Assembly (NCBI GenBank): GCA_036000865.1
Contig: DASYUV010000252.1
Coordinates: forward strand, 623 to 64,622
DNA length: 64,000 nucleotides
From: Candidatus Binatia bacterium
GTDB lineage: Bacteria; Desulfobacterota; Binatia; UBA9968
Reading direction: 5' to 3'
Each line of letters begins with the position of its first letter. Position 1 is the stretch's first letter. The notes beneath the pieces are model-generated. The model worked only from the letters and a program-made list of their open reading frames with translations. It had not been told where the DNA came from and searched no databases. Positions 54,126-61,080 of the stretch are shown here, one piece after another. The translations under genes were made by a program, and so were the position numbers.

Positions 54126-54449
54126 TCATTGCCCATTGCGCGCCATCTGTTCGACATCGGCAATCGTGAGCTTGTCCATCCGGAAGGCCCGGCGCGGGTC
54201 CCACTCGAGGACTTCCATAGACCGAATACCTCGGACGTGGTGTGAGTCTTGGGCGGCGATGGTTCTTGCTTCCTCAAGGCTAGATGCGAGCATGACATAG
54301 ATACCATAGGCGCCATCGGTGGTCGGTCCGGAAAACAGCAGGCGTCCCGCTTTATGCTGCTCCTCTAACCACAGGCGATGCTCGTCGTAATAGGTCTGTT
54401 TGTTTTCTTCCATTTCCGGTTTCGATCGCGAAAGTACGATGTACCACAT
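54126..54449 (-). CDS. YciI-family protein
   Basis: 107 aa. The layout (MWYIVL...H..WL......G.LL.SGP...) is typical of the YciI-like dimeric alpha-beta barrel. Confidence 0.65.
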   Translation of the reverse strand: MWYIVLSRSKPEMEENKQTYYDEHRLWLEEQHKAGRLLFSGPTTDGAYGIYVMLASSLEEARTIAAQDSHHVRGIRSMEVLEWDPRRAFRMDKLTIADVEQMARNGQ

Positions 54450-54516
54450 GATTGCTTTTCGTTTTTTTCCTGAGTGGAGCTTAGAACTTCCCGGCTAACG
54501 TGCGCAGTCGCAAAAT

Positions 54517-55359
54517 TCAGTTATGGCGTAACGTGAATTCGAACTCTTGTCGTTGGGCTTTGCCGTAAATTTCTCGAAATTCTTCCTGTGATTTATATTT
54601 GATTTTCGGGATGAGCTTGCCGCGGACGCTTACCCGCAATGGTGCTTGGTCGAATGGATAGGGATCAACGATGACCGTATTGCGGTCAACGATCCGAAGT
54701 TGAATCTGTCCGTCTTCTTCACCGGGGTTCACCGGCGTTGGTTTAATCGTCGAGCCGTAATAAGCCTTACCTTCCCTTGTGTGCGAGCCGGCGGCGGCCA
54801 CCGCCGTGATGTCAAAGTTAGAACAGAAAAACAGCGACAGCCGGTCGAAAACCTGCATCAAAAGATAATTGTGCCAAATCTGCTCTTTGCTTGTGAATCC
54901 GGCGTATTGTTCCATTCTACTCAGTTTGTCGATCATGTCCTTGTGCGTGGGCTCGCGCTCAGAAATGAATTTCTGAGAATAGGGATCGTCGCGGTCGACC
55001 ATGGTGGGCATGGTGCCATAGCGCTTCTGCGGCAGGCCGACGCCATGCATGCTGACCACCAAGCCGGCGTAAAGATCCCGCGCGATGACGTTGTCGATGG
55101 CTTTGCCGTAGAAATTCGACCGGAATTCGCGCGGCGTGCGGGTGAACGGTATGGGCACTCCGTGATCATCGATGGAAGGATAAATGTCCCAATCCCACCA
55201 GCCGTTATCATGGGTTTCCGCCGCCAGCACCATCGATTGATAGGGTTTCGGCTTGGCGAATCGGTCGTTACCCCAATGAGCGGCGAATTGCCCGGCGAGA
55301 TCGCCGTGGTCGTTTTGCGATATCATTCGATAGTATTCAGAGTTTTCCGAGATAATCAT
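54517..55359 (-). CDS. DUF3891-like protein (tentative), copy 1
   Basis: QNDHGDLAGQFAAHWGN ... AAETHDNGWWDWD gives an H...HD-type signature. It is a paralogue of the upstream gene. Confidence 0.5.
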   Translation of the reverse strand: MIISENSEYYRMISQNDHGDLAGQFAAHWGNDRFAKPKPYQSMVLAAETHDNGWWDWDIYPSIDDHGVPIPFTRTPREFRSNFYGKAIDNVIARDLYAGLVVSMHGVGLPQKRYGTMPTMVDRDDPYSQKFISEREPTHKDMIDKLSRMEQYAGFTSKEQIWHNYLLMQVFDRLSLFFCSNFDITAVAAAGSHTREGKAYYGSTIKPTPVNPGEEDGQIQLRIVDRNTVIVDPYPFDQAPLRVSVRGKLIPKIKYKSQEEFREIYGKAQRQEFEFTLRHN

Positions 55360-55468
55360 GGGGAACTCCTTTCGTTCGCGGCAAAGTTTGCGGTTCGCGG
55401 TCGAACCAGAACGCGCTAGTCATTTTATAGACTGTAATCCGTCTTAGAGCCACGCTAGCTATTTCGCC

Positions 55469-56314
55469 TTAAGCCGACGCGAGGGTATGCGCGACCGTGA
55501 TGCGCTCAGCGCGGTAGAACTCGCCGAGAAAGTCTTCACCGTCTTTGTACGTCCGGTTCGGCACCAACCGCGCGCTGAACGAAACCGGCAGCGGATCGAT
55601 ATCAAAAGGATAGGGTCGCAGGACGGCTTTGTTTTCGCCGACTGTATCGATACTGATTTTTACCGCCGGTTGGCCGTGTTTCGTCGGTACGTCGATATCG
55701 TTTAACGAATGGGTGGGGCCGAGCTTGCGCGCCTTGCTATTCAGCGGATAACGATTGCAGACAAACTGCGCCAATTGATCGAAGACCTCCATGTACTCGT
55801 AGTTGGTCCATATCTGCTCGTCGGAACAATGCTGCTTGAACTGTTCGGATTGGCGCAGCTGTCCGAGTAGTTTTAGACGCAGCTCTTCCTGGTGATCGAC
55901 GTACGCCTTCACCCGGGGGTCACCGGTGCGGTCGGGAGGATAGCTGTATTTGCCATAACCGGCGTTCATCAGCGCCACCCCGTGCATTGCCATCAACATG
56001 GCCGAGTAAGGATCGCGGGTTAGGACCCGATCCACCGAGTTTTTATAGAAATCGAGCCGGAGTTGCCCGAGATATTTGAAACTGCCGTCGTGGTAGTCGA
56101 GAGGAAACCCCTTGTCGTTGAGCGTCGACGGTTTCATTTCCCATTCCCACCAGCCAATATCATGCTCGGTGGCGGCCAATACGACGGAGGAATAAGGCTC
56201 GGGCCGATCGAAGTTTGGGTTGCCCCAATGAGCCGCGAAGTAGCCCGCCACCCGCGAGTGGTCGATCTGCAGCGCCAAAATTATCCGCGTATCGTCGTAT
56301 GGATAGGCCATCAT
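55469..56314 (-). CDS. DUF3891-like protein (tentative), copy 2
   Basis: QIDHSRVAGYFAAHWGN ... AATEHDIGWWEWE. It is collinear with copy 1. Confidence 0.5.
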   Translation of the reverse strand: MMAYPYDDTRIILALQIDHSRVAGYFAAHWGNPNFDRPEPYSSVVLAATEHDIGWWEWEMKPSTLNDKGFPLDYHDGSFKYLGQLRLDFYKNSVDRVLTRDPYSAMLMAMHGVALMNAGYGKYSYPPDRTGDPRVKAYVDHQEELRLKLLGQLRQSEQFKQHCSDEQIWTNYEYMEVFDQLAQFVCNRYPLNSKARKLGPTHSLNDIDVPTKHGQPAVKISIDTVGENKAVLRPYPFDIDPLPVSFSARLVPNRTYKDGEDFLGEFYRAERITVAHTLASA

Positions 56315-56370
56315 AATTTTTCTACCTCCGCAAAATTAATTTGTCCTGATTCTGAACTTCGCCTGGCTAC

Positions 56371-57000
56371 TTACGGTTTCTTCACTGATAGCTCGTTTCG
56401 CGTTTCTTTGACAAACTGAAAATCGACAACGCGAGACAAGGCAACGCGGTTTTTGATGGCTCCAGTCTGTCGCGCAATTTCTAGATCCTTCTCAATCACT
56501 TCATCCGCTACGAACCCGTTCGGCGGATACGCCTCAACCATTTGGCCATGAGCTTGCTCCGCTTGTTCGACGCGAATCTTAAACCACTTGACCATGATGC
56601 CGGCGACTTCTTTCTTGTTTTTTTGCGTCTCTGAGGAAGTCGATGCCTCGGAGAGTTGCTCGTACCGCCCGGCGCAAGAGATCCGGTTTTTTTGCGATGT
56701 TCTCGTCTGAAGTGCCCAGGCCAGCCATGGGCAATCGCATAACATCGCCGAAGTACGCAAGCTTTCGCAAGCCGGCTTTCTCGGCCACCGTTTGCCACGG
56801 CACCGAAAATCACCGCTGCGTCGACGTGGCCGCTTTGTATCGCTTGAATGCTCGTATTGTGATCTCCGGTTACAATCAAAGCGACGTTCTTATCGGCATC
56901 CAAATTTTTCTGCGCCATGAATTCCTTGGTCATGAGATGAACGGAGCGGCCACGCGAGCCACGCCACTGGCAGCGTCCGCAGTATCGCCGTCCCGATCCA
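56371..57000 (-). pseudogene. NMT1/SsuA-type solute-binding protein pseudogene (5'-truncated, two frameshifts)
   Basis: Three overlapping minus-strand ORFs in three frames (56508-56933, 56579-56803 and 56371-56760) concatenate into the C-terminal two-thirds of an SBP-1/2-like protein (..AEKAGLRK..AGLGTS..). One shift lies in an A7 run (56618-56624). Confidence 0.7.
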
Positions 57001-57019
57001 CGGGGCGCTCGGGATTAGA

Positions 57020-57277
57020 GCCCGGAAATTCTACGCGACCCGTCACATGTTCATCTCGGTCGCGTTATCACATGGAGTCAATATCAAATGGCTGGCCGAG
57101 TATTGCGGAACATCAGTGGCAATGATCGAAAAGCACTACGGGCGATATATCAAAAGCGATTCGCAAGAGCAGTTAAAGAGGCTTTTCGGCGGCAAAACCG
57201 AAACCTTTTCCGAAACGCTACGCGATGAGAATGGTGCTACAAAGCCCCAAGTAGCGAAAAAAATTGGCGGAAAGAAA
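57020..57277 (+). pseudogene. Tyrosine recombinase (integrase) C-terminal remnant
   Basis: Only the last catalytic segment is present: ..YATRHMFISVALSHGVNIKWLAEYCGTSVAMIEKHYGRYI (Arg-His box and Tyr nucleophile). An in-frame TAG at 57017 leaves no N-terminal or core-binding domains. The frame runs on into the tRNA. Confidence 0.7.
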
Positions 57278-57304
57278 TGGTCGGGGCGAGTGGATTTGAA
57301 CCAC
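57275..57304. repeat. tRNA-proximal att direct repeat
   Basis: Identical 30-mer to 10292-10321. It overlaps the 3' 27 nt of tRNA-Pro. Confidence 0.85.
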
Positions 57305-57354
57305 CGACTTCACGGTCCCGAACCGTGCGCTCTACCAAGCTGAGCCACGCCCCG
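57278..57354 (-). tRNA. tRNA-Pro: tRNA-Pro (anticodon CGG)
   Basis: Cloverleaf folded by hand: acceptor CGGGGCG/CGCCCCG, D arm GCTC/GAGC, anticodon stem CACGG/CCGTG with loop TTCGGGA, T arm GGTGG-TTCAAAT-CCACT, discriminator A and an encoded CCA. Confidence 0.9.
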
Positions 57355-57397
57355 ACCCGCTCAAACTAACACACGGAAACGAGAAAACAACAGTCAG

Positions 57398-57415
57398 GCC
57401 GCGCTTGGGCGCGGC
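57398..57415. terminator. GC hairpin between rpe and tRNA-Pro (possible rpe terminator)
   Basis: GCCGCGC-TTGG-GCGCGGC. On the minus strand it is followed by a partly T-rich stretch. Confidence 0.35.
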
Positions 57416-57506
57416 ATTTCAAATTACAAATTCCAGATGACAGAATCTCACAATGTCCATTTGGAATCTGAAATTTGAAATCTGGAATCGCAGACGTAGC
57501 CGCTGT

Positions 57507-58172
57507 CTACGACTGCCCAACCGCTTGCCTCATTTGGCGGATGGTTTCGGCGTAGTCCGGCGTCTTAAAAATTCCCGAACCGGACACAATGACTTCACCG
57601 CCGGCCTTGACCACGCGGTCGATGTTGTCGGCTTTGATGCCGCCATCGACCTCCACCAAGATGGAGAGCTTACGTTGATCGATCCATTTTCTGGTTTCCG
57701 CGATCTTAGGCAACACGTCCGGAATGAAGGCCTGGCCGCCAAAACCCGGAAACACCGTCATCATCAGCACCATATCAATGTCGCTGAAACAGCTTTCGAC
57801 TTTTTTTAAAGGCACATCGGGATTGACGGCGATGGATGCCTTGGCGCCGAGCTCACGGATTCTTTTCAGAGTGGCATTCGGATTCACGCAAGTGTCGGGG
57901 TGGATTGAAACCCAATCCGCGCCGGCCTTGATGAATTCCGGCGCGTATTTATCAGGGTCGGTGATCATCAGATGAACGTCGACGGGGATCGCGGTGACTT
58001 TACGCACCCATTCGACCACCACGGGGCCGATGGTGATGTTGGGCACAAAGTGCCCGTCCATGACGTCGACATGGAGCCAGTCAGCGCCGGCGGCTTCGAC
58101 CGCCTGGATCTCCTCCTTAAGTCGGCTGAAGTCCGCGGATAGAATGGACGGAGCGATCTTGATTGCTTGCAC
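57507..58172 (-). CDS. rpe: Ribulose-phosphate 3-epimerase
   Basis: PSILSADF...HVDVMDGHFVPN motifs. 221 aa. Confidence 0.92.
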   Translation of the reverse strand: MQAIKIAPSILSADFSRLKEEIQAVEAAGADWLHVDVMDGHFVPNITIGPVVVEWVRKVTAIPVDVHLMITDPDKYAPEFIKAGADWVSIHPDTCVNPNATLKRIRELGAKASIAVNPDVPLKKVESCFSDIDMVLMMTVFPGFGGQAFIPDVLPKIAETRKWIDQRKLSILVEVDGGIKADNIDRVVKAGGEVIVSGSGIFKTPDYAETIRQMRQAVGQS

Positions 58173-59543
58173 CTATGAGACCTTTCGCATGCGCGCGGCG
58201 AAAAAGCCGTCGGTATTATCGCGGTGGGGTAAGGCGACAAAAAACTTTCCCCGCACCATGTGTGTCGCCTGTCGAGGAAGATACCGCGCTGCATCTTCCA
58301 ACTCAAACTCGTTGTGGTGTGCCCGAAACGATTCCACGATTTCTTCGTTCTCTTCCCGCGAGAGAGTGCAGGTTGCATAGACGAGCACGCCGCCCGGCTT
58401 GAGATATGCTGCGACTCGGCTGAGAATCTTCGACTGCAAACGGCTCAGGCGGCGAATGTCATTTTCATCGCGATGCCATTTGATCTCGGGGTGACCGCGC
58501 AACGTGCCGAGGCCGCTGCAGGGAGCGTCCACCAAGACACGGTCGTATGGTTCTCGGAGGTTATCGGCGAGTTCGGCGCTGGCATCGGCGCTCAGGACGC
58601 GCAACGATTTGAGCCCTAAGCGGGCCACGTTTTCCCTGATCTTCGCAATACCGCGCGCAGAAGTGTCGATCGCGACTAACTCGCCCTCGTCCTTCATGAA
58701 CTCGACGACATGCGTGCTTTTTCCTCCCGGCGCGGCGCAGGCGTCAAGGATTCGCTCACCGGATAAAGGCGACACTAGGTACGTTACCAGCTGAGACGCC
58801 TCCCCTTGAATCTGAAAATAACCTTCCGCAAAACCGGGTAGTTTATCGACGGCGGGGCCTGAGAGAACTGATATTCCTTGCGGCGACCACTGCGTTGCTT
58901 CAGCATTGATGCCGGCTTCGAGAAATCGATTAAGCAGCTTTTCTCTCGTGCACTTAAGATAATTCACCCGCAATACCAGTGTCCCTCTTTCGTTATTTGC
59001 GCGCATCAGCGTTTTTGCCGCTTCCGCGCCGAACTCGTCGATCCATCTTTTCACCAGCCATTCTGGATGCGAGTAAGTAACGGCGAGTCCAGCCACTGAT
59101 TCGTCCTTCGGCGCAAGCCCGATGACGCGATCCTTACCACGAAGAAAATTTCGCAGAACGGCGTTGACGAATCCTGCTGATTTGCCGCCACTATGATTCC
59201 TAGCCAGCTCGACGGCTTCGTTCACCGCGGCATAGTCGGGGATTTTATCGAGGAAGCGTAATTGATAAACGCTGACGCGCAGGAGATTCCTAATGAGCGG
59301 ATCCGTTTTAGCCAATGGCTGGCGCAGGTATCGACTCAATTGCCCGTCGATATTGCCACGCCAGCGAAGCGTGCCGTAGGTAAGCTCCGTCAGCAGAGCG
59401 CGATCGCGTTCATTGAGCGTGGCGCCTTTTAAGGCTTGGTCGAGAAGAATGTCAGCGTAGGCTTTTCGGGTATCGACTTTGGCCAGAATGTCACTTGCGA
59501 GCTGGCGAACGTTTCTCCGTCGTTCTTCAACCGAGGCGATCAC
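58173..59543 (-). CDS. rsmB: 16S rRNA (cytosine967-C5)-methyltransferase RsmB
   Basis: NusB-like N-terminal domain and the DACAAPGGKS, DAPCSGLG and TCT.S.EENE methyltransferase motifs. The start is uncertain. The GTG at 59543 is preferred over the ATG at 59624, which would overlap fmt by 98 nt. Confidence 0.85.
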   Translation of the reverse strand: MIASVEERRRNVRQLASDILAKVDTRKAYADILLDQALKGATLNERDRALLTELTYGTLRWRGNIDGQLSRYLRQPLAKTDPLIRNLLRVSVYQLRFLDKIPDYAAVNEAVELARNHSGGKSAGFVNAVLRNFLRGKDRVIGLAPKDESVAGLAVTYSHPEWLVKRWIDEFGAEAAKTLMRANNERGTLVLRVNYLKCTREKLLNRFLEAGINAEATQWSPQGISVLSGPAVDKLPGFAEGYFQIQGEASQLVTYLVSPLSGERILDACAAPGGKSTHVVEFMKDEGELVAIDTSARGIAKIRENVARLGLKSLRVLSADASAELADNLREPYDRVLVDAPCSGLGTLRGHPEIKWHRDENDIRRLSRLQSKILSRVAAYLKPGGVLVYATCTLSREENEEIVESFRAHHNEFELEDAARYLPRQATHMVRGKFFVALPHRDNTDGFFAARMRKVS

Positions 59544-60468
59544 CGGCTTTGATCCTCGCCCCTCTGATAAATTCGATGCCCGGCAGGCGTTTCTTATTTT
59601 CCCATTGAACTTCTTCCAAGCCAATCACACCGGATGCGGTGGCCACCCAAAAGCCGCCCTCGTCGGCTCTGAGAATTTCACCGGGACTTGCACGCAATTC
59701 AGTGGAAACGGGGTTAGCGCGGTGCACCTTGAGCAATTTTCCATCGAAATGAGTAAAACTGCCGGGCCACGGATCGAGTCCACGCACGCGCCTTTCAATC
59801 TCCATGGCAGAGCGGTTCCAGGCGATGAGCCCGTCCTCTTTTTTCAGTATCGGCGCCGGGGTCGCCTTGGACTCATCCTGTTCCGTCGGAGTTAGCGAGC
59901 CTTCTTTCAGTCTTCGGAGTGTTTCCAAAAGCAGACGCGCACCAATCGGCGTGAGCTTCGCTTGTAACGATCCGGTAGTTTCGTCGGGGGCCAGCCCGAT
60001 CGCTTCCTGAAGGTAGATCGCGCCGGCATCCATTTTTTCCACGAGCTTCATAGTCGTCACGCCGCCTTCCGCCTCACCATTGATGATCGTCCAAGCCGCT
60101 GGCGCGGCGCCACGGTACTTGGGCAATAGCGAGTAGTGCACGTTGAGGCATCCGTGTGGCGCCAAATCCAGAATGGTTTTGGGCAAAATTCTCCCGTATG
60201 CAACAACAACGATGATCTCCGGCTTCCAATTTTTCAAAGTCTCGAGAAATTCCGGCGTGCGAATTTTTTCCGGCGCAACGACCGGGAGGCGGTGGCTATC
60301 GGCAAACTTGCGCACGGGAGATCGAGTGGTTTGCTGGCCTCGGCCCGCCGGGCGATCCGGCTGGGTCACGACACCGACGACGGGATCGGGTCCTTGAATC
60401 AACTGCGCCAAAGTAGCCGCAGCGATCTCAGGCGTTCCCATGAATACTATAGGCCATAGGGTAGCCAT
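59527..60468 (-). CDS. fmt: Methionyl-tRNA formyltransferase
   Basis: IVFMGTPE N-terminus and the HYSLLPKYRGAAP motif. Confidence 0.92.
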   Translation of the reverse strand: MATLWPIVFMGTPEIAAATLAQLIQGPDPVVGVVTQPDRPAGRGQQTTRSPVRKFADSHRLPVVAPEKIRTPEFLETLKNWKPEIIVVVAYGRILPKTILDLAPHGCLNVHYSLLPKYRGAAPAAWTIINGEAEGGVTTMKLVEKMDAGAIYLQEAIGLAPDETTGSLQAKLTPIGARLLLETLRRLKEGSLTPTEQDESKATPAPILKKEDGLIAWNRSAMEIERRVRGLDPWPGSFTHFDGKLLKVHRANPVSTELRASPGEILRADEGGFWVATASGVIGLEEVQWENKKRLPGIEFIRGARIKAGDRLG

Positions 60469-60524
60469 GAGATATTCGCTGGGTTGTGAGGAATTACCGT
60501 AAATTGCGCACGGCGCAACTTGGC

Positions 60525-61067
60525 TCAGATCATGACGCGCGCATTTTCTCGCGGTGGTTCCGTGCCGCTGCGGAGCATTTTTTTGCGTCGACGAGTATAG
60601 AGATCTCGCTTAAGGCGGCTAATCCTATCGATAAAGAGTTTTCCATCGAGATGATCGATCTCATGTTGGAGGGCGACCGCGAGCAGTCCTTCGGCGGCAA
60701 TCTTTACTTCTTTTTCCTTTTCATCGAAGGCGACGACTTCGACCTGAGCCGCGCGGCGCACTTCCGCGGTGAAATCGACAACGCTCAAACAGCCTTCTTC
60801 CCAGATGATCTCGCCCTCGGCGCGGGTGATCACGGGATTGATCAGCTTGTAAACTTGTTTGCCAGGATTTTCATGGTCGGTGTCCAGCACCAGGATGCGC
60901 TCGGAGACACCGACTTGCGGTGCGGCGAGCCCGACGCCTGGCGCGGCATACATCGTTTCGAGTAGATCGCTGAGCAATTGCGCGGTTTTGCCGGTAATAC
61001 TTTTGACCGGCGAGGCCACTTTACTAAGCACTGGTTCAGGGTATTTAAGGATCTCTAAGATCGCCAT
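60525..61067 (-). CDS. def: Peptide deformylase
   Basis: GVGLAAPQ, EGCLS and QHEIDH motifs. Confidence 0.93.
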   Translation of the reverse strand: MAILEILKYPEPVLSKVASPVKSITGKTAQLLSDLLETMYAAPGVGLAAPQVGVSERILVLDTDHENPGKQVYKLINPVITRAEGEIIWEEGCLSVVDFTAEVRRAAQVEVVAFDEKEKEVKIAAEGLLAVALQHEIDHLDGKLFIDRISRLKRDLYTRRRKKMLRSGTEPPRENARVMI

Positions 61068-61080
61068 ATCTTAGAGAATT

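Larger units (their letters stand above)
10292..57304. mobile_element. ~47-kb tRNA-Pro-integrated genomic (catabolic) island, probably immobilised
   Basis: Perfect 30-bp direct repeats lie at both ends, and one is part of an intact tRNA. An integrase C-terminal remnant sits next to the tRNA-proximal repeat. Flanks are housekeeping and the interior is entirely accessory. Confidence 0.75.

Noticed and set aside
57047-57343. 98-aa ORF as an intact small gene
   Set aside because: It is the tail of a tyrosine integrase without N-terminal or core-binding domains, and its frame continues through the att repeat into the tRNA. It is treated as a pseudogene remnant.
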